Origin: an uncultured Candidatus Bathyarchaeia archaeon
GTDB lineage: Archaea > Thermoproteota > Bathyarchaeia > Bathyarchaeales > DTEX01
DNA length: 64,000 nt
Direction: 5' to 3'
Assembly (NCBI GenBank): GCA_964431725.1
Contig: CAYSKG010000003.1
Span: 2,215 to 66,214 of the forward strand
The translations under genes were made by a program, and so were the position numbers. The notes beneath the pieces are model-generated. The model was not told the DNA's origin. It saw only the letters and a program-made list of their open reading frames with translations, and did no database searches. This document shows, in pieces, positions 55,645-64,000 of the stretch (position 1 is the first letter of the stretch; the number at the start of each line of letters is the position of its first letter).

Positions 55645-56160
55645 ATGGAAGTATTTAGAGTAATATCGGAAAGAAGAAGCATTAGAAAGTATAGAAAGGA
55701 AAGCATACCTGACAGCGTTTTAGAGAGAATCATGGAAGCTGGTAGACTTGCACCCTCAGCCGCAAATAGGCAGCCCTGGTACTTCATAGTTGTGAAAGAC
55801 GAGAAAGTTAAAAAGGATCTCGTTGACGCATGTAGAAACCAGAGATTTGTGGGTGAAGCTGGGGCTGTGATAGCGATTTTAGGAGATCCAAAGATTTCTA
55901 GATGGTATAAGCAGGATCCATTTATAGCTGCGAGCTTCATGACCTTGGAGGCTCATGAAGAAGGATTGGGTGTCTGCTGGATAGGTGCATTTGAGGAGGA
56001 GAAAGTTAAGCAGATTCTCAAAGTGCCCGAAGATCTATCTGTCATAATACTTTTGACAATTGGATTTCCAGATGAAAAGCCGCCAGCAAGACCTAGAAAA
56101 CCTAGAGAAGAAATATTCTTCCTGGATGAGTATGGTAAAACTTATCCATTCAAGACCTAG
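55645..56160 (+). CDS. Nitroreductase-family protein
   Basis: ERRSIRKY...APSAANRQPWYFIVV signature. The ORF track starts at 55609, but ATG 55645 fits homologs. Confidence 0.8.
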   Translation: MEVFRVISERRSIRKYRKESIPDSVLERIMEAGRLAPSAANRQPWYFIVVKDEKVKKDLVDACRNQRFVGEAGAVIAILGDPKISRWYKQDPFIAASFMTLEAHEEGLGVCWIGAFEEEKVKQILKVPEDLSVIILLTIGFPDEKPPARPRKPREEIFFLDEYGKTYPFKT

Positions 56161-56272
56161 TTGCATAGAGTAAAGCTATATCCTTGATCCCCCATGCCTT
56201 TTTTATAACCTAAAAACGATGCTTTGCATCAAAAAACATTAGAGGATTGTTTTTTAAACTGGCTTTTTCAAA

Positions 56273-56563
56273 ATGATGCTTTTTCCTTCAGCTGCTCCTA
56301 GACTTCATGGTAACAACCTTGATTACCGAGGATTTGTATCCGGAGTTACTGTTAATTTTCCGGTATTCGCCCTGGGAGCACCCCTTTTTCCTTACGGAAA
56401 AATTACTGGGAAAGGCATTAAGGTTTCCTTTGACGTAAAGTTCATAGTAAATCTACTGAAAGGCAAGAACATAATGGACTGGAAAACGAAGATTAATATT
56501 ACGACCACAGGGAAAACTCAACCCCTTTTGTTCAAGCTCTTCAACATGCTACTACTAAAATAA
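56273..56563 (+). CDS. Doubtful hypothetical ORF (96 aa)
   Basis: It is the only ORF in a 615-bp gap. No recognisable motifs and no obvious SD. Confidence 0.2.
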   Translation: MMLFPSAAPRLHGNNLDYRGFVSGVTVNFPVFALGAPLFPYGKITGKGIKVSFDVKFIVNLLKGKNIMDWKTKINITTTGKTQPLLFKLFNMLLLK

Positions 56564-56775
56564 TATTATTGGCTTCAAGCAGATTTTTGGATTAAAAAAT
56601 TGCGCATCTCACAAGCTCGCATAATGCTTAGTCGACATGCTGAATACGAATATAAAATCTAAGTCCGACCTCTGTTTACCTGCGACCTCTAGAAAATAGA
56701 TATTAATCTGATTAATTTCTAAGAATTAGGTAATTAAAAAATAAAGCACAATCATACAAAGGGGTAGGTTAAAGT

Positions 56776-57450
56776 ATGAAGATAATTGCGGGATCGGATT
56801 TTCACGGTTCTAAAGTTGCTTTTGAAGCCTTCGCCCTAGAAGCAGAGAAGCAGAAAGCTGACATTATTCTCGTGTGCGGAGACCTAACGAATTTTGGCAC
56901 AATAGAACAGGCAAAAGATCTACTTTCAGCACTAGCTGAAATAGATGCACCGCTACTGTTTGTTCCCGGAAATTGCGACCCTCCCTCACTCACTAATCTA
57001 AACTTTGGTAACATTAAGTGTATTCATGGTAAGGGAATTATTTATGGAAAAATAGCTTTCATAGGCGTAGGTGGGAGTCCAATAACTCCTTTCAACACCC
57101 TCTTTGAGATGAGTGAAAATAAAATCGCTGAGACACTTAAGAACTGCTTGATTAGCCTCAAGGAGAAAATAGGTCAACGTAAGATAATTTTGGTTTCTCA
57201 TTCACCACCTAAAAACACTAAATTAGATAGAACCACTTTTGGCATACATGCTGGAAGCATTAGCGTTAGGAGATTCATTGAGGAGCATAGCCCACTATTG
57301 GTGGTATGCGGTCATATACATGAGGCTAGGGGAGAGGACCAAATAAACGGGACGCTGATAATTAATTTGGGATCAGCTAAACGGGGAGAGTATGCTGTGA
57401 TAAATATTGAGGAAAAAATCAATGTTAGTCTACGAACCTTAGAAATTTAG
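56776..57450 (+). CDS. Calcineurin-like metallophosphoesterase
   Basis: GSDFHG, CGDLTNFG, PGNCD, SHSPP, CGHIHE motifs in canonical order. Confidence 0.85.
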   Translation: MKIIAGSDFHGSKVAFEAFALEAEKQKADIILVCGDLTNFGTIEQAKDLLSALAEIDAPLLFVPGNCDPPSLTNLNFGNIKCIHGKGIIYGKIAFIGVGGSPITPFNTLFEMSENKIAETLKNCLISLKEKIGQRKIILVSHSPPKNTKLDRTTFGIHAGSISVRRFIEEHSPLLVVCGHIHEARGEDQINGTLIINLGSAKRGEYAVINIEEKINVSLRTLEI

Positions 57451-57530
57451 TTTTATAAAAATTAGAAATTAAAAAACTTAATAAATGAGGTTTACATTGA
57501 TTCTTTTTAACTTTCATAGGGGTGTGTTGT

Positions 57531-58256
57531 TTGCCTTTCCAGAAAGGTGATTTCCTACTGATAGATTACATTGCTAAGATAGGTGAGACAGGAGAAGTCT
57601 TTGACACAACTATAGAAGAGGTTTCACGGAAAGAAGGAATATATCAAGAAGGAGGAATATATGAACCTAAACTTGTGGTTATAGGTGAAGGATGGATCCT
57701 GAAATCTCTTGAAGAAGCCATCCTAAATCTTGAAATAGGGAAAACAGAAACCATAGAGATTCCGCCGGAAAAGGGTTTTGGAAAGAGAGATCCTAATAAG
57801 GTGAAGATTTACCCATTAAGAAAGTTTACTGCCCAAGGCATAACCCCAAGGGTCGGTATGAGAGTTGAAGTTAATGGAAGAATGGCCACAGTTCGCTCCA
57901 TAGGCGCTGGCAGAGTTCAGCTAGATTTTAATCCACCACTGGCTGGTAAAACTTTAATTTACGAAGTCACCGTTAAAAAGAAACTTGAAACAGAGGAAGA
58001 GAAAATTAGAGCTTTGATACATCGTAGAATACCTCAAGTTGAAATTGAAAAATTTTCTTTGGAGATCAGTGAAAATAGCGTCACTGTAAATATTCCAGAG
58101 GAGGCATTCTACATCGAGGGGATACAAGTCATAAAGCGCGGAATCTTTATGGATATACAAAGGTTCTTTCCGGAGAAGAGAACCGTACGCTTTATTGAGG
58201 TCTTTGAGAAGAAGGAAGCCTCCTCAACAACACCTTCTTCAACCGGAAACCCTTAG
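57531..58256 (+). CDS. Long-type FKBP peptidyl-prolyl isomerase
   Basis: DYIAKIGETGEVFDTT...GEGWILKSLEEAILNLEIGK...FNPPLAGKTLIYEVTV. GGGGTG lies 6 nt upstream of TTG 57531; the ORF track starts at GTG 57522. Confidence 0.8.
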   Translation: MPFQKGDFLLIDYIAKIGETGEVFDTTIEEVSRKEGIYQEGGIYEPKLVVIGEGWILKSLEEAILNLEIGKTETIEIPPEKGFGKRDPNKVKIYPLRKFTAQGITPRVGMRVEVNGRMATVRSIGAGRVQLDFNPPLAGKTLIYEVTVKKKLETEEEKIRALIHRRIPQVEIEKFSLEISENSVTVNIPEEAFYIEGIQVIKRGIFMDIQRFFPEKRTVRFIEVFEKKEASSTTPSSTGNP

Positions 58257-58659
58257 GACAATTAAGGGATTCATGAACTGCAACTACTTTACATCGATCA
58301 TTATCTCTTAGATATTCTGGTGAACATAATTTTAGATTCTCACAATCCTCTTCATCGCAGTTTTGCGGGTGAAATGTGAGCACCGCTCCTTCAATAGCTT
58401 GTTTGGAAGGGATTGCCGATAATACTTCAGCCTCAACAACCTCAACTACACGCATTTCAAGACCATACGGCTCACATTTCAGGATTTTATCTCGAACATT
58501 AACAACTCTATAGATGCGGTTGCTTTCCAAGTTTTTGACGCAAACATTATAATATTTACATTTGCTACATTTCGAGCCTGATCCTTTGTGAATGAAAATT
58601 TCATTGATTTTAGCTTGACCGACACCTAATAACGTAATTATTGTTTTTACCTCAGCCAT
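58192..58659 (-). CDS. UPF0179-family Cys-rich protein
   Basis: TLLGVGQAK...CSKCKYYNVC...CDEEDCENLKLCSP pattern recalled for archaeal UPF0179. Confidence 0.6.
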   Translation of the reverse strand: MAEVKTIITLLGVGQAKINEIFIHKGSGSKCSKCKYYNVCVKNLESNRIYRVVNVRDKILKCEPYGLEMRVVEVVEAEVLSAIPSKQAIEGAVLTFHPQNCDEEDCENLKLCSPEYLRDNDRCKVVAVHESLNCPKGFRLKKVLLRRLPSSQRPQ

Positions 58660-58662
58660 ATT

Positions 58663-59727
58663 TTATTTTATCACTCCTGTTTCTTCAGCTAAAGATTTAG
58701 CGCTATCATGGGTTAGCGGCTTCTCGCTGAGAATCGTATATCTATCCGGCCGAATTTTTGGAGCCTTAACTAACGCTTCAATAATATATTTTGGCTCTAT
58801 ACCTATCTCACTGGCTGTTACTGGCGCACCGACTCTTCGCAACGTATCTTTTATGAGCTGCCAGTCTAACCCATGCATGTAAGCCATCATTATTGTTCCG
58901 ATTCCGCATTGTTCGCCATGCAAAGCTGGTTTAGGCGCTATAAGATCCAGAGCATGACTGAAAAGATGTTCAGAACCGCTACAAGGCTTGCTACTTCCAG
59001 CCATCCCCATAGCTATACCACAGCTAACAAGAGCCTCAAGAAGCACCCTTAAACCTTCTTCAGAATTCGGTTTTATTAAATGTGAATGTTCAACAATATG
59101 CTTGGCGCTCATGAGCGCTATACTAGCGGTGTACTGTGCGTAATATTCGTTTCTTCTTTTGTGAGCAAGCTTCCAGTCAAGTGTTGAGGTAAACTTTGCT
59201 AAGGCATCTCCACAACCGCTTGCAATAAATCGATATGGAGCCTTAATTATGATATCTGTATCAGCTATCACAGCTATCGGCGACTGAGCCATAATTGAAT
59301 ATGGTTTGTTTAAGCCTTTTAGGGAGGCAAATGGGCTGGCTATTCCATCATGGGAGGCTGTTGTCGGAACACTTATGAAGGGAACTCCCTCTCTGGCTGA
59401 ACTAAGTTTAGCGATGTCAATTTTAGCGCCTCCACCCACACCAAAAACAACTTGAGGATTTATCTTTCTTATTTTGTTCTCTGAAGATTTTACATCCTCA
59501 ACTGTCGGTATGCTAGATGTGATTATATGCACATCAACCATTAATCCATTGTCTCGCAGCATCTCTCTGATTTTTCGACCAGCTATCTCAAACGTTTTTT
59601 CTCCAGTAATTATTAGAGCTCTTTCAGTAAATCCTAGATCATCACATATTGAATTGATGAGGTTTAGGCTTCCGCTTCCAACTATTATTTCTCTAGGTAA
59701 TTGTATGCGGTGAACTTTTGAAATCAA
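58663..59727 (-). CDS. egsA: sn-Glycerol-1-phosphate dehydrogenase
   Basis: 354 aa Fe-ADH/DHQS-like, with VFGVGGGAKIDIAK, PTTASHDGIASP and GEQCGIG. It is the archaeal lipid-backbone enzyme. Confidence 0.82.
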   Translation of the reverse strand: MISKVHRIQLPREIIVGSGSLNLINSICDDLGFTERALIITGEKTFEIAGRKIREMLRDNGLMVDVHIITSSIPTVEDVKSSENKIRKINPQVVFGVGGGAKIDIAKLSSAREGVPFISVPTTASHDGIASPFASLKGLNKPYSIMAQSPIAVIADTDIIIKAPYRFIASGCGDALAKFTSTLDWKLAHKRRNEYYAQYTASIALMSAKHIVEHSHLIKPNSEEGLRVLLEALVSCGIAMGMAGSSKPCSGSEHLFSHALDLIAPKPALHGEQCGIGTIMMAYMHGLDWQLIKDTLRRVGAPVTASEIGIEPKYIIEALVKAPKIRPDRYTILSEKPLTHDSAKSLAEETGVIK

Positions 59728-60029
59728 GTTCTATCTACCTTAATATAGAGGGGGATCTTCTATTTATGTAAATCTTTTTACTAATTATTAATTCTTAAAA
59801 CATTCTGAAAAAAGGAATATTCAGGAAAGATAATTTTTGCCGGATCTCCTTTTATATTTTCCGAACAATTTAAATTTAAGTTTGTCACTACTAATAGTAA
59901 GTGCGCCCCTCTAGTAACGAGAACCCATTTACTTGAGAAAAAGGCGTCGCAATAGATTTGACTTATCAGATTTATGGATTTATTTCAAGATTCTGAAGTC
60001 GATATATGTACGCTTAAAAAATAGGGGAA

Positions 60030-61955
60030 TTGAACATATTGCCATCAACTGATGGAAATAAAGCTGAAATTAGACAGATAATCTTAGAGAATATTCCAAA
60101 AGAAGCTGAGATAACACGGATAGAGTTTGAGGGTCCAGCACTAGCCATATACGTGAAGAGACCGGAGGTTCTAATAAAGCAGGAGCGCATAATTACGGAT
60201 ATAGTCAGTATTATAAAAAAGAGAATCGTCCCACGTTCAGATCCCTCAGTGAGACTGCCAGAGAAAGAAGCTGAAAAAATAATAAATGAAATAGTGCCTA
60301 AAGACGCTGAGATAACAAATATAATGTTTGATCCTCCCTTAGGTGAGGTGATAATAGAGGCTAAGAAGCCAGGGCTTGTCATAGGGAAAAACGGGGCAAC
60401 TCTTCAAGAGATAATTCTTAGAACAAAGTGGAGACCAAGGGCTGTAAGAAGCCCGTCTAAGCCCTCAAAAATAATGGCACACATACAACATTCTCTATAT
60501 ATGAGTAGTAAAGAGAGGGAGAGAATCCTCCGTAATGTTGGTGAGAGAATATTTCGTCCATTACTCTATGAAGTAGGCGATGTAAGAATAACGATGCTTG
60601 GCTCAGCAAGAGAGGTTGGGCGCTCCGCAATTCTCGTTCAAACCAGAGAAAGTCAAGTTTTATTAGATTGCGGGATAAATCCCGGATCAACGAAGGCTTT
60701 TGAGGCTTTTCCAAGATTAGATGCACCACAATTCGATATTGAATCTTTAGATGCTGTTGTGATAACTCACGCTCACCTAGACCATTGTGGTTTTCTACCA
60801 TACTTATTCAAATATGGATATGATGGACCAGTTTATTGTTCAGTTCCAAACGTTAGCTTAATGACTCTGCTTCAGCTTGATTATCTAGATGTGCTATCTA
60901 AGCAGGGCGCTCCACTACCATATGACCAAAAAGATGTACGTGAAGCCGTTTTACATACTCTTCCATTACGTTATGGTGTTGTAACCGATATAGCGCCAGA
61001 TATACGATTAACGTTACATAACGCAGGACACATTCTCGGATCCGCAATAGTGCACCTACATATAGGTGAAGGCTACCATAACATAGTTTATACCGGAGAC
61101 TTTAAGTATGGTAGAACCATGCTTCTAGAAGCTTCAGCCACGGATTTCCCGAGAGTTGAAACCATTATAACTGAGAGTACATACAGTGCTCCTACGGATC
61201 TTATGCCCTCAAGGGCTGAAGCTGAAAAAAATCTTGTGACAATAATTAATGAAACCTTGAATAGAGGGGGGAAAGTGATAATCCCGGTGCCAGCTGTTGG
61301 TAGAGCCCAAGAGATAATGCTTGTTATAGATGAGTACATGAGACGAGGTGAACTTAAGGAGGCACCAGTATTCATCGAAGGCATGATTTCTGAGTCAACA
61401 GCTATCCACATGGCTTACCCAGAATATCTTTCAAGAGAAGTCCGAAACAAAATAATTAACGAAGGAATTAATCCATTTGAATCCGAATATTTTACTGTAG
61501 TTGAGCATCCAAGCGCTAGAAGCGGAATAATAGAGGGGGAACCTTGCATAATTTTGGCTACAGCAGGCATGCTTGAAGGAGGACCCGTAATAGACTATTT
61601 CCAGAATCTTGCACATGATAAGCGTAACTCACTGATATTTGTTAGCTATCAGATTGAAGGAACATTAGGTCGTAGAATTCAGAAAGGCGCGCAGGAAGTT
61701 TCAATAGTAGATCAAGATGGAAGAATTAGAGTTATAAAGATTAATTTGAATGTTTATACGGTTGAAGGATTCTCCGGTCACTCGGATAGAAGACAAATAA
61801 TAAATTATCTACGTAGGGTTTCACAGAAACCGGATAATATAATAGTGTGTCACGGCGAAAGAAGTAAATGTTTATCTCTTGCCGAATTTCTGCGCAGAAG
61901 ATATAAGATTAATGCAATAGCACCAGATATTTTAGAGACAATTAAGCTACGATAA
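60030..61955 (+). CDS. aCPSF1/FttA, KH + metallo-beta-lactamase + beta-CASP ribonuclease
   Basis: Two N-terminal KH-like repeats (IEFEGPALAIYV, GLVIGKNGATLQEI), HAHLDHCG and a beta-CASP C-terminal part, 641 aa. Confidence 0.9.
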   Translation: MNILPSTDGNKAEIRQIILENIPKEAEITRIEFEGPALAIYVKRPEVLIKQERIITDIVSIIKKRIVPRSDPSVRLPEKEAEKIINEIVPKDAEITNIMFDPPLGEVIIEAKKPGLVIGKNGATLQEIILRTKWRPRAVRSPSKPSKIMAHIQHSLYMSSKERERILRNVGERIFRPLLYEVGDVRITMLGSAREVGRSAILVQTRESQVLLDCGINPGSTKAFEAFPRLDAPQFDIESLDAVVITHAHLDHCGFLPYLFKYGYDGPVYCSVPNVSLMTLLQLDYLDVLSKQGAPLPYDQKDVREAVLHTLPLRYGVVTDIAPDIRLTLHNAGHILGSAIVHLHIGEGYHNIVYTGDFKYGRTMLLEASATDFPRVETIITESTYSAPTDLMPSRAEAEKNLVTIINETLNRGGKVIIPVPAVGRAQEIMLVIDEYMRRGELKEAPVFIEGMISESTAIHMAYPEYLSREVRNKIINEGINPFESEYFTVVEHPSARSGIIEGEPCIILATAGMLEGGPVIDYFQNLAHDKRNSLIFVSYQIEGTLGRRIQKGAQEVSIVDQDGRIRVIKINLNVYTVEGFSGHSDRRQIINYLRRVSQKPDNIIVCHGERSKCLSLAEFLRRRYKINAIAPDILETIKLR

Positions 61956-61984
61956 TAAGTAGAAAGTTGAGGTGAAGATGGAAT

Positions 61985-62410
61985 CTATTTATTAGATGAG
62001 GCGGATTTTTTCTTCCATATTTGAACATTTGGCGGGGTTAGAACTATTCGTTCCTCGCCTAATCGTGCAATATCACCGCCTATTGAAGCTACGAATTCGC
62101 TTAGTTCACCAATGGCACGTTTAACATCTTCAACATTTTTCTCTGCTAAGGGATCAACCCTAACTATCAGTATGTTACCGGATTTAACTTCATTCTTAAT
62201 TTTTTCTAGATCGTTAAGTGAACGTAATGGAAGCGCTTTAAGGTAAATTTTGCCAGTGGATGATGGAGTAATGGATTCAACCGTGTTTTCTTTTTCCTTG
62301 CGATTTTCGTCCTTTTCCATTTTCTTCTTCATTTTCTCTATTTCAGAGTTTTCTTTTTTGCTCTTACCAATTATTTTTCCAATAACCTTTTCTAAGTTTG
62401 GATTCCTCAA
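61985..62410 (-). CDS. sepF: Archaeal SepF-like cell-division protein
   Basis: The C-terminal domain IYLKALPLRSLNDLEKIKNEVKSGNILIVRVDPL...IGGDIARLGEERIVLTP matches the SepF/DUF552 pattern. The N-terminus is Lys/Glu-rich. Confidence 0.7.
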   Translation of the reverse strand: MRNPNLEKVIGKIIGKSKKENSEIEKMKKKMEKDENRKEKENTVESITPSSTGKIYLKALPLRSLNDLEKIKNEVKSGNILIVRVDPLAEKNVEDVKRAIGELSEFVASIGGDIARLGEERIVLTPPNVQIWKKKSASSNK

Positions 62411-62459
62411 ATTTTAGACCCTCATAACAATTCATACGGTAATTTTCATATTTTTCATT

Positions 62460-62999
62460 TTAAATTTGTTCTTTTCGAGTCTTAACTCTTTCGCCTCCTA
62501 AAATCTCTTTCATTATTCTCCAAATCGAATCGCCGACATAATGTAGATTCTTAAAGATTTTTCCACGTTTGAGGTCTTTTATATCTTTGGATCCTAAAAG
62601 AGCCTTAACTATAGCTATTGCCTTGCCATGCTTCTCATCTAAAACTATAACGAAATCTCCTTCCTCAAATTTTCCATCAACTTTAACTATACCAGGAGCC
62701 ATCACATCGGCACCATTGCATATATGGGGAATCGCACCCATATCAACAATCACCTTTGGAAGAAGGCGAATTAAATCGTTAAACATCAGCGTCGGTATGA
62801 GATCGCCAGTAACTGTGCTCATTAATAATGGTTTACCATTAACGATGAAAATTTTAATTTCAGGGGTTTCAGCAACCTCAATTAATGGTTTAACACCGAA
62901 CATTTGCTCTGCATCAACGCCAAATTCTTCGGAGAACTTTTTAAGAAGATGTTTCTTTTCTTTTTCTCTAAGGAAGAACCTGCGCTTCACGTAGCTCAT
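62460..62999 (-). CDS. PUA-domain RNA-binding protein (MCT-1/Tma20-like)
   Basis: ICNGADVMAPGIVKVDGKFEEGDFVIVLDEKHGKAIAIVKAL PUA core, 179 aa. Confidence 0.7.
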   Translation of the reverse strand: MSYVKRRFFLREKEKKHLLKKFSEEFGVDAEQMFGVKPLIEVAETPEIKIFIVNGKPLLMSTVTGDLIPTLMFNDLIRLLPKVIVDMGAIPHICNGADVMAPGIVKVDGKFEEGDFVIVLDEKHGKAIAIVKALLGSKDIKDLKRGKIFKNLHYVGDSIWRIMKEILGGERVKTRKEQI

Positions 63000-63084
63000 G
63001 TAATAAAAATTTTAGCATAACGCATATAAATTTGCGTCTCTCATAAAGAATTGAGATTAGACTGGTGGAAGGTTGTGAAAAGCG

Positions 63085-63303
63085 ATGGCGACCCAAATAC
63101 TTGAAGAGAGCCTTGGAAAAGTCGTATTGATAAAGCTTAGAGGAGGAAGGAGTATAAGGGGGAAACTTCAGGGATTTGACCAGCACTTAAACTTGGTTCT
63201 TGAAAAAGCGGAGGATGTAACCGACACAGAAAATATTAAGGAGCTAGGTTTAATAATAGTTAGAGGCGATAATGTTGTGATGATTTCGCCTCCACCAAGG
63301 TGA
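63085..63303 (+). CDS. Sm-like archaeal protein (SmAP/LSm)
   Basis: Sm1/Sm2 motifs VVLIKLRGGRSIRGKLQGFDQHLNLVL and IIVRGDNVVMISP. Confidence 0.9.
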   Translation: MATQILEESLGKVVLIKLRGGRSIRGKLQGFDQHLNLVLEKAEDVTDTENIKELGLIIVRGDNVVMISPPPR

Positions 63304-63311
63304 TATAAAAA

Positions 63312-63500
63312 ATGACAAAGGGTACGGCATCTTTTGGAAAACGAATGGGTAAAACGCTCCACATAAGATGTAGAAGATGCGGTCGCCGATCTTATAATGT
63401 CAAGAAGAAGAGATGCGCAGCATGCGGCTTTGGAGCAACAGCGAGTATACGGAGATACTCTTGGCAAACTAAGAAGCTTCAGAGGCAACGAATAGTTTAA
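63312..63500 (+). CDS. rpl37e: Ribosomal protein eL37
   Basis: GTASFGKR...[24 protein letters not shown]. The pairing with the LSm gene is conserved. Confidence 0.92.
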   Translation: MTKGTASFGKRMGKTLHIRCRRCGRRSYNVKKKRCAACGFGATASIRRYSWQTKKLQRQRIV

Positions 63501-63542
63501 ATAAAACTGGGATAGAAGAGTAAAAAGCGGTGGAGAAGGAGA

Positions 63543-63851
63543 ATGGTTGGAAAAGCTAGGATAAAACTTACGAGCACAGATTACAAGAAGCTCGATGAAA
63601 TATGTAGAGAGCTAAAGGCTATAGCTGAGAAAACAGGGGTTAAAGTTTCAGGTCCAATTCCGTTACCGACTAAGAAGCTTAGGGTGCCTGTGATGAAGAG
63701 TCCTTGCGGCGAGGGGACAAAAACGTGGGATAGATGGGAAATGCGTATACATAAGCGTCTGATGGATATAGAAGCAGAAGATCGGGTGATGCGTAGAATA
63801 ATGCGGATGAGAGTTCCAGAAGATGTTTATATAAGCATAGAGTTAATTTAG
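63543..63851 (+). CDS. rps10: Ribosomal protein uS10
   Basis: [20 protein letters not shown]...[10 protein letters not shown]...HKRLMDI. Confidence 0.92.
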   Translation: MVGKARIKLTSTDYKKLDEICRELKAIAEKTGVKVSGPIPLPTKKLRVPVMKSPCGEGTKTWDRWEMRIHKRLMDIEAEDRVMRRIMRMRVPEDVYISIELI

Positions 63852-63882
63852 TTTTGAGTAACAGCTTGTAATCAAATTATTA

Positions 63883-64000
63883 TTAACCGTATAGGAATAC
63901 TTTTAAAGCAGTGATTGTTGATAATAAAGATGCAATAAAGACCAGAAACCAAACATATTTGTTCCACCAGAAAACTTTTGCTCCATCCAAAAAGCCAAAT
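63883..64000 (-). CDS. 3' end of a minus-strand ORF entering from beyond the window (hydrophobic C-terminus)
   Basis: My manual translation gives ...FGFLDGAKVFWWNKYVWFLVFIASLLSTITALKVFLYG*, with the stop at 63885..63883. This is only a 38-codon fragment. Confidence 0.3.
   Translation of the reverse strand, partial: FGFLDGAKVFWWNKYVWFLVFIASLLSTITALKVFLYG

Noticed and set aside
58225-58250. Shared peptide TPSSTG in the FKBP tail (TTPSSTGNP) and in SepF (ITPSSTGKI, around 62240-62270)
   Set aside because: The underlying nucleotide sequences use different codons, and the context is not otherwise similar. I judge it a coincidental low-complexity match, not a repeat or a shared targeting signal.
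1-64000. CRISPR arrays, transposases/integrases, prophage or toxin-antitoxin islands
   Set aside because: I noticed no regularly spaced direct repeats, terminal inverted repeats, or ORFs with DDE, tyrosine/serine recombinase or Cas motifs while reading the window. The tRNA gene is not flanked by an integrase.

Overview
This is a gene-dense, AT-rich archaeal chromosomal segment. Archaeal origin is clear from the archaeal/eukaryal-type r-proteins (L19e, L32e, S4e, L35Ae, L37e), GatDE, MCM/GINS, Hel308, G1P dehydrogenase, aCPSF1, archaeal SepF, LSm and an RNAP subunit H. A TACK/Bathyarchaeia-like lineage is only a guess, based on a stand-alone MtrH-like gene and the LysW pathway. All calls were made by eye from the ORF track and the raw sequence; no searches were run. 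Contents in order:

- dppBCDF-type ABC peptide transporter (1-5.1 kb)
- CoA-related cluster of PPAT, a membrane protein and a type-II PanK-like gene (7.2-9.5 kb)
- long, Rpb5-like RpoH (9.6 kb)
- thiolase plus DUF35 (10.5-12.1 kb)
- cluster of four related winged-helix proteins that I cannot assign to a family (12.2-14.6 kb)
- gatD-gatE (14.6-17.9 kb)
- partial ribosomal-protein operon from L22 to L18, including a 54-aa S14 missing from the ORF track (18.4-25.2 kb)
- GINS-MCM-Hel308 (25.8-30.7 kb)
- L35Ae, DUF99, AlaX, adenine deaminase
- Lrp regulator plus lysWXYZJK (37.5-43.3 kb)
- rhomboid fused to an Hsp20 domain
- three-gene Zn-ribbon operon
- Tmk and an MtrH-like gene
- intron-containing tRNA-Gly(UCC) with a ~125-nt intron (47.44-47.64 kb)
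- HerA/NurA-like pair (50.7-53.3 kb)
- NagA plus a sugar kinase, G1PDH, aCPSF1, SepF, and LSm-L37e-S10

I saw no CRISPR array, rRNA gene, transposase or integrase. The most interesting items are:

- the uncharacterised wHTH paralog cluster
- the eukaryote-like full-length Rpb5 homolog
- the PanK-II/PPAT/transporter cluster
- the long tRNA intron
- the rhomboid-ACD fusion
- four conserved genes whose conserved N-termini lie upstream of any ATG/GTG/TTG codon
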